From an uncultured cyanobacterium (GTDB taxonomy: Bacteria; Cyanobacteriota; Cyanobacteriia; PCC-9006; JAAUQQ01): a DNA stretch of 64,000 nt. The notes beneath the pieces were generated by a model. It had not been told where the DNA came from. It saw only the letters and a program-made list of their open reading frames with translations, and made no database searches. The stretch is taken from assembly GCA_963718615.1 (NCBI GenBank), contig OY970368.1:96001-160000 (forward strand), in the 5' to 3' direction. Positions within the stretch are counted from its first letter, which is position 1. Every line of letters starts with the position of its first letter. Made by a program: the position numbers and the translations under genes. This document shows, piece after piece, positions 36,662 to 47,647 of the stretch.

Positions 36662-37486
36662 CTAGGGCTGCATGATGTTCTGGGCAGCCTTTTTGAGGGG
36701 GTCGAGCAGGGTGAGCGGCAGGTTGTAGTGATTGAGGGAGGGGCGATCGCTAAATCGCTCGTCTGGCCCATGGTAATCACTTCCCCCCGTCCTGATTAGA
36801 CCATATTGCCCACAGAGAGCCTCTAGCTTCTGCCGCTGATGGAGCATGTTGCTGGGGTGATACACCTCTAAACCCAGGAGCCCAGCTTCAACGAATTGGG
36901 GCAAAATCGCCTCGACGCTGCCGCCTTTCCACAAATAAGGATGTGCCCACACGGGTACAGCGCCTGCTTGGCGTAGGGCTCGAATGCCTTCACAGGTTTC
37001 TAGGGGAGCGTAGGGAACGTAGGCGGGTTTTCCCTGCCCCAGAAAGCGGCTAAAGGCTTCATCGCGGGTCTCCACATGGCCTGCGGCCAGCAAAGCACTG
37101 GCAATGTGGGGACGACCGGGGGCAGTGCTGGGGTCTAAGGCCGGAAGCTCGATGGGATACCCTAGGGCTCGCAGTTTTTCGACCATGGCGATCGCCCGCT
37201 CCCAGCGTCCTTGCAATCGTTCTTGGAGCAATTCTGCCAAGGCTTCTACCTGGGGATAAAAACCTAAAATATGAACCGAATGGCCGTTTTCCGTGGTGCT
37301 CAGCTCAATTCCGGGCACAATTTCTAGCGCGTTTCCAGCGGCGGCGATCGCCTCATCCCAGCCCGCCAGCGTATCGTGATCCGTAATCGCCAGGGCTTTT
37401 ACCCCCGTTTTCAACGCTTCTTGTACCAATTCCGTTGGCGTCAGCGTGCCATCGGAGCAGGTGGTGTGGCAATGGAGTTCCAGCAT
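36662..37486 (-). CDS. PHP domain metal-dependent phosphoesterase (TrpH/YciV-like)
   Basis: LHCHTTCSDG, AITDHD, GRPHIA, WAHP, GGSDYHG. Confidence 0.92.
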   Translation of the reverse strand: MLELHCHTTCSDGTLTPTELVQEALKTGVKALAITDHDTLAGWDEAIAAAGNALEIVPGIELSTTENGHSVHILGFYPQVEALAELLQERLQGRWERAIAMVEKLRALGYPIELPALDPSTAPGRPHIASALLAAGHVETRDEAFSRFLGQGKPAYVPYAPLETCEGIRALRQAGAVPVWAHPYLWKGGSVEAILPQFVEAGLLGLEVYHPSNMLHQRQKLEALCGQYGLIRTGGSDYHGPDERFSDRPSLNHYNLPLTLLDPLKKAAQNIMQP

Positions 37487-37567
37487 GTGTCTGTGTTCCC
37501 TGATACGCAGTATTCCAAGGGTCTACCTCCTTTTGATAAAATCGTAGACTTGTCACCATTCCAATAG

Positions 37568-38581
<1,014 letters not shown>

Positions 38582-38610
38582 CCCTATCCCCCATTGCACA
38601 TAGCGATGCA

Positions 38611-38693
38611 GTAGCAGGTAACGGGGTAGCGGGTAACGGGGTAGCAGATGATGAATACCCCGCCACCTCATCACCCCGTCACCCCATTACCCT
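38611..38693. repeat. STRR-like short tandem repeats forming an imperfect inverted pair between the convergent ilvC and wzx genes
   Basis: GTAGC(A/G)GGTAACGGG 15-bp units (38611-38647), facing roughly complementary TCACCCC(G/A) units. Confidence 0.65.
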
Positions 38694-39952
38694 TCATGAT
38701 CCAATCGTTCCTGAGCCCGAAACGTTCGTTGATAAACCCAGAGGGCAAAGAGGGGAAAGGCGATCGCCTGGGTCACCAACACCGCCACCGCCACGGCCCC
38801 AATCCCCCCTTTAATCACCGCAACGATCGCCCCCACAAACACCAGCGTAAAGACCACATTCCAGGCAATATCTAAGGCGATTTGATCCACCGCCTGCAAA
38901 AGCTGGGACGTGGCATTGGACAGGGCCAAGGGAATCGCTGAGCAACAAATCAAGATCAAAATCGGAATCGCCGAAGTCCACTGTTTGCCAAACACAATGG
39001 GCACATAAAAGGGCGCGAGGGTGGTTTGGAGCACCACCAAGGGAACGACAAGGGTCGCGATGGTTCTGAGGCTTTTGAGGAAGCGATCGCGCAAAGCCCT
39101 CCGGTCCGCTCGCACTTCACAAAAATAGGGATACCAGGCAATGGTCAGCGAATTAATCACACTCTGGCTAATGCCGATCCCCGCGCTATAGGCGAAAAAA
39201 TAGATCCCCAAGGCTTCCAGTCCCAAAAGGCGGGCCACCACCAGATAATCCACCTCTCGCCGAAACCGACTGAGCAGATCCACGCCCAAACGCTGGGTGC
39301 CAAACCCCAGCACTTCTCGCCAGCGCTCAAAATAAAACCAATGCTTGGGCCGCCAGCGGTTAAACCGATAAATAATCGGGATCCAGACCAGATAGCTGAG
39401 CACCATTCCCCACACCACCGACCAAACCCCAAAACCTCGCCAAGCCAGCAAGACCAAAATTAAATTGCTGACAATCGACTGAGCAGCCATGGCCCAAGCT
39501 TGAACCTGAAGCTGATTTTGGCGCTCCAGCAGCGCCGCCTGCACAATAAACGCCGGAATAATGCAATAGCTCAGTCCCAAAACACAAATGGGCCAAACCA
39601 ACTGCATGTTGCCGTAGAACCGGGCAATGGGATAAGCCAAAAGGCATTGGAAAATAAACAGGCTACCCACCATCAGCCAGTTAATCCAATAGGCAGTGTG
39701 GCAAAACGTTTCTAGGTCAGAATCCTTAGCTTGGATCAGCTTAGCCGAGATGCCACCCCGACAGCTCACCGTATTCGCAAACTCGAAAATGGTGTAGACC
39801 GCCGCCACCATTCCATAGTCTTGCTGCGTGAACAGTCGAGCCATCATGACCGTCGCAACCAATCGAAAAATGCGCTGCACTAATTCTGCAAACCCGAGCC
39901 AGCCAATGTTGCGAAGATATTGACTGGACAGCAACGCCTGGATGCGTGACAT
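38687..39952 (-). CDS. Wzx (PST family) polysaccharide flippase
   Basis: Multi-TM protein with ARLFTQQDYG, GFGVWSVVWG, DYLVVARLLGLEALGIY. Confidence 0.88.
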   Translation of the reverse strand: MSRIQALLSSQYLRNIGWLGFAELVQRIFRLVATVMMARLFTQQDYGMVAAVYTIFEFANTVSCRGGISAKLIQAKDSDLETFCHTAYWINWLMVGSLFIFQCLLAYPIARFYGNMQLVWPICVLGLSYCIIPAFIVQAALLERQNQLQVQAWAMAAQSIVSNLILVLLAWRGFGVWSVVWGMVLSYLVWIPIIYRFNRWRPKHWFYFERWREVLGFGTQRLGVDLLSRFRREVDYLVVARLLGLEALGIYFFAYSAGIGISQSVINSLTIAWYPYFCEVRADRRALRDRFLKSLRTIATLVVPLVVLQTTLAPFYVPIVFGKQWTSAIPILILICCSAIPLALSNATSQLLQAVDQIALDIAWNVVFTLVFVGAIVAVIKGGIGAVAVAVLVTQAIAFPLFALWVYQRTFRAQERLDHEG

Positions 39953-40659
39953 ATGAAAAGCTCAACCTCCATGGCATCAACTACGCATCTTAATCGGATT
40001 TCCGGCGATCCTCTAATGAACTGGACACAATCATCTGTTCTTCACGATTTTCTTAAACACACCAAGGATTGATTCAGAAAACTCAGCACGATTTTTGGCC
40101 TAAATTCGCAGCAAACACCCACTCAAGCTCAGTATTAGGCTGCTATCAAACGGTCTTCTGACACAATCTATGTGACATATAAAACAGACAAGCCAGCTCT
40201 TCTTGTTCTAAAATTAACCCATATCAGCGTCTTCATGCGTATCAGCAAACAACGTGTTTCCCAATTTCCCTAGATAACAACGCAATTCTATGACGAGGAA
40301 CAATGAGCCTTAAGCAGAAATAATACGTCAACAGGATGTGATTGAATGATTGGGGTAGACAATCTAGCATTTTTTAAACTCCGTCAGAATTAATTTTAAA
40401 ATCACATTTTACTTTTTCAAGAATTCAGTCGTTGTGTATCTGATTCAACGTTAGAACAGGCGTAAGATTCGGTGATTCCGTCCATTTCATCTTAGGCACA
40501 ACCGTTTATACTTCAACAAAGATATTAATATAGCGGTTTCAATCGCTGAGGTTAAGCAACAACCTCAAGCTCATGTCCATATCTTCTAGCCAAAACCTGC
40601 GCAAGCACTGCCAGTCCCTGTTTGAATTTGATTTTGATCGGCCAATTGTGTGGTAGACC

Positions 40660-41775
40660 ATGGTGTTGAGTTCCCTTTTACAACCACAGATTTCAATCGT
40701 GATTCCGGCCTATAACGCCATGCGGTATTTGCCAGAAACAATCACAACTGTCTTAGAGCAAACTTACCAAAACTTCGAAATCGTTCTTGTTAATGATGGC
40801 AGTTCAGATTCCATTCAAAACTGGCATAAAACCCAGGGTGACAGCCGTATTCGTTTGATTAGTCAAGAGAATCGCGGTTTATCTGAAGCACGCAACACAG
40901 GAATTCATCACGCTCGGGGCGAGTGGATTGCCTTTCTGGATGCGGACGATCTCTGGATGCCCTCGAAACTAGAGCGACAGGTTGCAGTGATGGAGCAATA
41001 TCCAGAAGTGGGGTTGGTGTACTGTGGCGTGGCGATCATTAATGCCGCTAGCCAGAAAACGGGTCGTACGATGCAGACCCATGCCTCTGGATTTGTCTGG
41101 GCCGATCTCATGCTCCACAATTTTGTTGAATGTGGCAGCACTCCTTTGGTCCGTCGAGATTGTTTTGTATCCCAGGGGGGCTTTGACCCTCATCTGGGCT
41201 CCCATGCAGAAGATTGGGATATGTGGCTCCGCTTAGCGCTGCACTGGCGTTTTTATGGCATTCCAGAGCCGTTAGTTTGCTATCGCCAGCATGAGGGTGG
41301 TGCCTCCAAAAACTGGCTGCAAATGGAGCGCAGCTTTGTGATTGTGCTGCAAAAAGCCATGGATGAGGCTTTAGCGCTCCAAGCAATGTTGCCCAGTGGC
41401 TCTCCCCGACTACCGACGACCTCCCTCTTGAGTGTGAAACGGCGGGCCTATGCCAATGCCTATCTCTGCTTAGCCTGGAAGCCATTACAAGCCCGTGATA
41501 AAAAGATTCAGGAGGCGATCGCCCTAGGCTACAAAGCCTTCTGCTATCATCCCTCAACCCTATTCTCTAAGGAGTTTTTGCGTTGGGGAGTGGCGATCGC
41601 CCTCATGGGCCTACTTGGCTCCAGAACCTATCTCCGATTGCTCAAGTCTCTGCACAAACTGCGAGCGCGACTCAGGCATCGAGACATTGAACCGTTACCC
41701 CAATCTGAATCAGCACCGCAGCTGCCGTTCCTAGCCTCTAGGCCATCCCCCCAAAACAGCATAAAACGCCGTTAA
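40660..41775 (+). CDS. Glycosyltransferase family 2
   Basis: ISIVIPAYN, VNDGSSD, ARNTG, FLDADD, EDWDMWLR. Confidence 0.93.
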   Translation: MVLSSLLQPQISIVIPAYNAMRYLPETITTVLEQTYQNFEIVLVNDGSSDSIQNWHKTQGDSRIRLISQENRGLSEARNTGIHHARGEWIAFLDADDLWMPSKLERQVAVMEQYPEVGLVYCGVAIINAASQKTGRTMQTHASGFVWADLMLHNFVECGSTPLVRRDCFVSQGGFDPHLGSHAEDWDMWLRLALHWRFYGIPEPLVCYRQHEGGASKNWLQMERSFVIVLQKAMDEALALQAMLPSGSPRLPTTSLLSVKRRAYANAYLCLAWKPLQARDKKIQEAIALGYKAFCYHPSTLFSKEFLRWGVAIALMGLLGSRTYLRLLKSLHKLRARLRHRDIEPLPQSESAPQLPFLASRPSPQNSIKRR

Positions 41776-41811
41776 GAGCTTGATTCTTCAGAGCCACCGT
41801 CCAACAAAAGC

Positions 41812-42879
41812 CTACAGACGTGATGCAGCTTCCAGGCTAGCGGCAGGCGCAGCCTTTGTCACCAATCGAGGAATTCGACCCAGCAAGAGCTCTTCCTGAC
41901 GACCAGCCACTTCAACCCATTGGGTCTTCAGGAGAGGAATCGGTAACCGGTCGAGCAGTTGGAGTGCAGCCACACCAATATCTTTGACCATCCCGGTCCA
42001 ACTTTGGGCTAAGAGGCGTAGAAGCTGTTGGTAACACCCGAGGCGATCGCCCAAGGACAGCGGGGTCTCCTGCACAGCAGCAACATAGCGCCAATAGCGT
42101 TCCCAGCGTGGAAAAATGAGACGCCCTCGACGCGAGTCATCGTACCAAATACACAACAGATGCGTTGAGATCGCGTTGATGCTCAAAGACTGTCCTTCAT
42201 GCCGTCTCAAAAAGAAAAGATTTTCAGGGACTTCGTGGAATCGCCCCAGCAGGCTTAAACGAGCCAACAGAACTAAATCTGTCCCCGCATAAGTTCCCAT
42301 TAACGGAGTTCGGCGTAGCGCATCCAAGCGCATCACACCAAACAACTGGTAACCCGAATGGGGGAAACATGCCAGATCCCCAAATCGTTCAGCAGCCTTT
42401 GGAGAATCGCTTCTCAACCTCGTATTTGCATTCGTCAAGCCCACGTAGAGCTCATCATTTTTGCCAATTCCCTTGTCAAGCGGACGCCCTGCATCATCAA
42501 TCACCGTTGCTCGGGGATGGCACACAACAATGGAGGGATCCTGCTCCATGGCTGCTACACATTTTTCCAGCAGCGTCGGTGCACAAACATCGTCATGATT
42601 CGCGAGTTTGAAGTATTTTCCGGTCGCCAATTGAACCGTATAGTTTTGGTTTCGAGTACAGCCAATATTTTGAGGATTACGAATATATCGAACCCGTGAG
42701 TCCTTCTCTGCATACGCTTCACAGATCTGCTGGGTACTATCTGTAGAAGCATTATCCGTAATAATGAGCTCAAAGTCTTGAAAGGTTTGGTTGAGAATTG
42801 AATCAATTGCTTCTCGAATAAAATTCTCACCGTTATAAACCGCTAAACCAACCGTTACGAGGGGACTGGGTGTGCTCAT
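41812..42879 (-). CDS. Glycosyltransferase family 2
   Basis: VTVGLAVYNGE, DNASTD, NHDD. Confidence 0.92.
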   Translation of the reverse strand: MSTPSPLVTVGLAVYNGENFIREAIDSILNQTFQDFELIITDNASTDSTQQICEAYAEKDSRVRYIRNPQNIGCTRNQNYTVQLATGKYFKLANHDDVCAPTLLEKCVAAMEQDPSIVVCHPRATVIDDAGRPLDKGIGKNDELYVGLTNANTRLRSDSPKAAERFGDLACFPHSGYQLFGVMRLDALRRTPLMGTYAGTDLVLLARLSLLGRFHEVPENLFFLRRHEGQSLSINAISTHLLCIWYDDSRRGRLIFPRWERYWRYVAAVQETPLSLGDRLGCYQQLLRLLAQSWTGMVKDIGVAALQLLDRLPIPLLKTQWVEVAGRQEELLLGRIPRLVTKAAPAASLEAASRL

Positions 42880-43194
42880 AATAGAATCAAAGCTAAAAGA
42901 TCAATATAAGGAAGTAATGATGAAAACTCAAACATCACCAAAAGCAGTGACTACATATCGAGCCACATACAAAATCGTATAACGGAGCTTACTGAAACCG
43001 TACAAAAACCGTCGTACAAAGGCTAGAGTATCCCCATCGAAGACCACTAAATTAAAGGGACTACGTCGCTGACCATTATTCAACATATCTTCTAAATTTG
43101 CAAAGACTTCACCAGATCTCCATCAGAGGGTAGGTCTCTTTACGGCTTATATAAAGGGCCTGGATATACAGACATTGAATTAATCCATATAATC

Positions 43195-44706
43195 CTAGTC
43201 AACAACGACCTGGCCGCGATTTCGCCAGGCTCCATAAAGTTCTACCGGGATACGACGTAAGCTAGGGCTAATCATCAGCACAGTGCCATAACTGAAACTC
43301 AAAAGCAAAAGACCTATCCAGGAAGGAACCCAAGGACCCAAGAATAGCGCAGGTAGCGTTGCTGCCACGAGCAGAACAACATTTTTGTAATCGGGAGAGC
43401 CACATAATTTCGTCAGCCCGTAGTGAATCAGGATATAGCTAGGGATCGTTGAAATCTCAGCAATGCCATAACCCCAGACTCCTAAAAGCGGTAATGCGAC
43501 CAGCGCTGCAGTCCATTGCAACGTTATAAATCCAGCGTTGAATAGTGCAACAGAACGATTATTGGCTGCGGCATAGAGGGTGGACGTATGCAATTCAAAC
43601 ATGGCAGCCATGACCACTCCCGCTGCTACAAAGGGAAAAATCTGTGCACTCATCAGCCATTCCTCTCCAAAGAGCAAAGGAATGAGCCAAGAAGCACAAC
43701 AGGAAAAGGCTGCACAGGCGGGAGCGACCAAAAGGACCTGATAAACCATCCCCTGGCTCAAGGCTGAGCGAATTTTATCGGGTTGTCCTATCAACTTAGC
43801 AAACACCGTAATTGACATTCGACTAAGCACAAAGCGGAAAATCGCCAGTTGCTCAGCAAAACGAATAGCAATACTCACAATCCCTGCCGCTTCAATTCCA
43901 GCAAGGCGAGTCACCAGAAGAGGAACAGTCAAAGCCTTTAGAGAAAGAATCCAGGCGGAGCCGGTGTAACCTAAGCCCCCCTGCAAGGCAGGTCGAATAC
44001 AACCCCGCGTCCATTGCAAACTCATGGGAATCGGCTGATAGCGACGTACCATAAGGGTCACGACCAAGCACTGAAGGGCTAGTCCCCAAATGGGGCCCCA
44101 GTAACCTTTACCAAAAACTGTTGCAGGCAGAAAAATCCCGGCTGTGGACAACCCATCGATAACGTGGGTCTGCAGAGCTGTATTTGAGAGAAACAGAACT
44201 AAGGGAATAGAAAGCGCATAGTTAGAAATTTGGCCAATGGTTTCGGCAAGTCCAATTTCCGTAAACTGAATTTCACGCGACATCTTCATCATCGAGACAT
44301 CACCTATCATTTCAATCCAAAGCGGCAGGGCAAGGAATCGAATCATCCATAAGGTTTCCGGTTGTTTTGTCCATTGAACCAAAACAGGGGCAAGTACCCA
44401 AAGTAGGATCAGCGACAAAATACTCAGAGTATTGAAAAAAGCTAAGACTTGACGGAGTGCGTCATCCGAAAACTCCGATTGACGTACAGCATAGACACCG
44501 ATTCCTAACTTATTTGTCCAAACCAAAAAGAAATAAATCCCTAGACAACTTGCAAGAATCCCATATTGTTCCGGTCCCAGAACCCGAGCAATTATCAGAA
44601 TACTCATCAGTGAACAGCCAGAAGTAACAAGCTGTCGAATGGCGAGGGATACACCACCTTTTAGTACTTTCTTCTTTAGATCTTTATCTAAATTTTGATC
44701 TGACAT
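43195..44706 (-). CDS. Second Wzx-type flippase
   Basis: IIARVLGPEQYG, about 12-14 TM helices, PLLFGEEW. Confidence 0.85.
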   Translation of the reverse strand: MSDQNLDKDLKKKVLKGGVSLAIRQLVTSGCSLMSILIIARVLGPEQYGILASCLGIYFFLVWTNKLGIGVYAVRQSEFSDDALRQVLAFFNTLSILSLILLWVLAPVLVQWTKQPETLWMIRFLALPLWIEMIGDVSMMKMSREIQFTEIGLAETIGQISNYALSIPLVLFLSNTALQTHVIDGLSTAGIFLPATVFGKGYWGPIWGLALQCLVVTLMVRRYQPIPMSLQWTRGCIRPALQGGLGYTGSAWILSLKALTVPLLVTRLAGIEAAGIVSIAIRFAEQLAIFRFVLSRMSITVFAKLIGQPDKIRSALSQGMVYQVLLVAPACAAFSCCASWLIPLLFGEEWLMSAQIFPFVAAGVVMAAMFELHTSTLYAAANNRSVALFNAGFITLQWTAALVALPLLGVWGYGIAEISTIPSYILIHYGLTKLCGSPDYKNVVLLVAATLPALFLGPWVPSWIGLLLLSFSYGTVLMISPSLRRIPVELYGAWRNRGQVVVD

Positions 44707-44787
44707 TATTCATTACTAAACCTATAAAGACTAAACCTTTAAAAATTAAACCCTTGAAAAACTAAACCCTTCCATTCAGCTACTGGT

Positions 44788-45948
44788 CTAAGTATTACGC
44801 TGCAACTTGGCGAATTTTGAGTTCATCGAAGAACGTTCAATCGTCCTGAGAATAACTTGTTCATAGTCTTTAATCACAGCATCCCAACTAAAACGAGCAG
44901 CATTACGGCAAGCTCTATCTTCCCAACTCTGGGATAGAACGTCTTGAAGGGCATCGGCATATTCACCTGGATTTGTAACATCACAGAGAATGCCAGCATC
45001 CCCAATCGTATGTCTCCGCATCGGATCCGCAGTGGTCACGACCGGCAGACCACTAGCCATGGCTTCTAAATAAGACAAGGCACAAGGTTCATCAATTGAG
45101 GCAAGGGTGAATAGATCGACACTGCGATAGACTTCTGGCATCTTGTCAAAGCTAAAGGTCCGAATTGCAAATCGTTCTTTGCCCAATAGCTGTTCGCCCA
45201 GCTCTTGATAGTAGAGGCGATCAGGCCCATCTCCACAAATAAGTAGACTGAGATTGGGAAGCTTAGCAACGGCATTGAGCGTGAGGTCTACCCGCTTATG
45301 ATCTGCTTTACAGAGAGAAGCGACGCAGAGTGCGATCGGTCCAGGTAAATTTAAATCGAGACGCAAACCTCTTACTGAAAAACGGTTGAGATCAACCCCA
45401 TTATGAATTACATCCACAGATTGATGGGGATAGTGCTCTCGAACGAAATGAGCAGTTTCTGGAGAAAATACGATAAGACCATCGGGCTGAAACCACAGAT
45501 TTCGTCGGAGAGGTTTGTTATTTGCAAGAGAACCAGTGTGCTGGGTATAAAGCACGGGAGTTCCCTTCAATACTCTAGCCACCGCTGCTACGGCTAATCC
45601 TCCATAGTCATTACAAGGCAATATTAGATCTGGAGGATGGCTGAGAAGTCGCCAAAGGCAGGGTAAAAAGCTGGTTAAATGTTCAACAACAATATCAGGA
45701 TGAGTCGCAATTTTACTTAGAGGATAGGATAGATACAGTTTGTCTAACAGCTTGCGAGCATCTGAACGCGTGATCGCCCAAATACTGTGGGCTTCTGCAC
45801 AGGAGCGATTACTACCAGCTAAAAGCTCGACATCAAAAGAGGAAGAGAGACGTCGAGATATTTCAATAGAAAAGGCTTCCGCACCACCACTATGATTAAT
45901 ACCAGCACTAGGGCTCAGAATTGTAATCCTAGGTTTTGAGTTGACCAT
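44788..45948 (-). CDS. Glycosyltransferase family 4
   Basis: GGAE, IHNGVD, EPCALSYLEAMASGLPVV (EX7E). Confidence 0.92.
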   Translation of the reverse strand: MVNSKPRITILSPSAGINHSGGAEAFSIEISRRLSSSFDVELLAGSNRSCAEAHSIWAITRSDARKLLDKLYLSYPLSKIATHPDIVVEHLTSFLPCLWRLLSHPPDLILPCNDYGGLAVAAVARVLKGTPVLYTQHTGSLANNKPLRRNLWFQPDGLIVFSPETAHFVREHYPHQSVDVIHNGVDLNRFSVRGLRLDLNLPGPIALCVASLCKADHKRVDLTLNAVAKLPNLSLLICGDGPDRLYYQELGEQLLGKERFAIRTFSFDKMPEVYRSVDLFTLASIDEPCALSYLEAMASGLPVVTTADPMRRHTIGDAGILCDVTNPGEYADALQDVLSQSWEDRACRNAARFSWDAVIKDYEQVILRTIERSSMNSKFAKLQRNT

Positions 45949-46043
45949 AAAATTTGTAAATCACTAGAAAAGCAGAAAGTCTAAATATAAATGTTGACGA
46001 AAAAATAAAATCCTTAAACATTGTACTTTTTTAGGATACAGAT

Positions 46044-47492
46044 TTAAGGAACAGGCTGAAGAACTTGAGCGGTCGTCTTCTGAGGAGTAAGAGTCCAGTC
46101 CCAGGAAACTACCGAGGCTAGCAGCCAGAAATAGAAGAACAAAGTAGTATGAGTCCAAATATTATCCGTTAACATTCCTGTTGCTAGAGACATCCAAATT
46201 GCTAGTACGGTCAATCCTAAGCTTCTCTGATTAGCAGGCAGTTTTTTATTACTGGCGATCAAAGCCAAGCGCAGCGCAACACCACCTAAAAGCAAGAGAA
46301 ACAAAACAAATCCAACGACACCTCCTTCAACCAATGCCCGTACATAATCATTATGAGCATAATTTTGATAGATAGTCAGTGAAGACGCTGTCGCAAGACC
46401 ATAGCCCAAAAAAGGATGCTTCGCCCAAGCCTGTAGCAAAAATGTCCATTGAGTCAATCGCCAGTTAAAGCTGTTGCCATCCCACTGCCCCATCAACACC
46501 GCACGAGATAGATCCATGTCTGAATTAAGCAATGGCGTATCTCCGATTGAGGCCAGTCGTTCTCTACCAAATTCAGTAGAGGCAAAAAGCAAGAGCAGCG
46601 TTGCCGAGAGCAGGATAGCTCCCAACGCATTGGCCACGTTGAGTCGTGGAACAATAAAAACGATAAGAAATGCACCAAACATCACTAAACCGGTTAAAGC
46701 CTTTGTGGTCACCAAGAAAAAGATAAGGATGAGCAATAGTATGGTCCAGCCTAACTTTTGATGTGAGGCCAATATCTGCCAAAGCGTGAGTCCAATAAAT
46801 AAAACCAAAAACGATGCAAACGTTGCTGGATGGCCTAGCGTTCCATTCACACGAGAGCCAATTTCAAAACCAACTCCGGTATTAGTAAACAATAAAAAAG
46901 AAGGCAGAAGCGAAGGTGGTAAAATAGCTTGCAACAAACCAGCAGTGAGCGGAGCGGCCAAGCTAAGGAACAGTATTTTTAAAACTTTTTCTGGCCGAAT
47001 CTTATCCCGTAGCTGAGAGATTAGAAGATAAATGACAAGCCAAGATGCCATCCGAATCCATTCCCTTAGGGCATCAGAAATCGAAACGGGACTGGGCCCT
47101 AAGCCACCTAAAGGAATCAAGAGAATCCAAACGAATTGAAGCGCAATCCAACCACCAAAGAATAAAAATAATCCGTCAATTTTAATCGGTTTTTTGAGAA
47201 GGATAAGAATAGCAAGATAGAGTACAGCAACCAGATCTAGGGCAACCGCAAAGATTGCAGGAAGTTGCTGCTCGGAAAAAATATCCAGAGAGCTGCGCAC
47301 AATCAACAAGCTAAGGATTGTGATCTCAAATTTAAAAACCAAGCTGAGGGAGACTAAAAGAGCCGCTAAACCTGCGATCGCAAAGAATGGTTCTGAGCTA
47401 CCCAAAAAACTAATAACTAACCCTACCACTAACGAGAGAGCAGCTATTAAGGGAATCGCCAAAACAGTTTTTGAGAGTGAATTGTTGAGCAT
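46044..47492 (-). CDS. O-antigen ligase/Wzy polymerase family protein
   Basis: Multi-TM protein with RVNGTLGHP, FNWR, PFLGYG, AHNDYVRALVEGG. Confidence 0.85.
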   Translation of the reverse strand: MLNNSLSKTVLAIPLIAALSLVVGLVISFLGSSEPFFAIAGLAALLVSLSLVFKFEITILSLLIVRSSLDIFSEQQLPAIFAVALDLVAVLYLAILILLKKPIKIDGLFLFFGGWIALQFVWILLIPLGGLGPSPVSISDALREWIRMASWLVIYLLISQLRDKIRPEKVLKILFLSLAAPLTAGLLQAILPPSLLPSFLLFTNTGVGFEIGSRVNGTLGHPATFASFLVLFIGLTLWQILASHQKLGWTILLLILIFFLVTTKALTGLVMFGAFLIVFIVPRLNVANALGAILLSATLLLLFASTEFGRERLASIGDTPLLNSDMDLSRAVLMGQWDGNSFNWRLTQWTFLLQAWAKHPFLGYGLATASSLTIYQNYAHNDYVRALVEGGVVGFVLFLLLLGGVALRLALIASNKKLPANQRSLGLTVLAIWMSLATGMLTDNIWTHTTLFFYFWLLASVVSWDWTLTPQKTTAQVLQPVP

Positions 47493-47647
47493 TTTAACCT
47501 CACACCAGATGACTCAAAGTTAATACATTAGTATCAACGGCTTGGCAATAGAAAAACCTCAGCAAATTGGGTCGAAAAGGCTGATACCTTTGTGAGGCTT
47601 TCTCTCGAAAAAACGCTCAATCTTCTGGGCTAAAACCACAGCGAGCA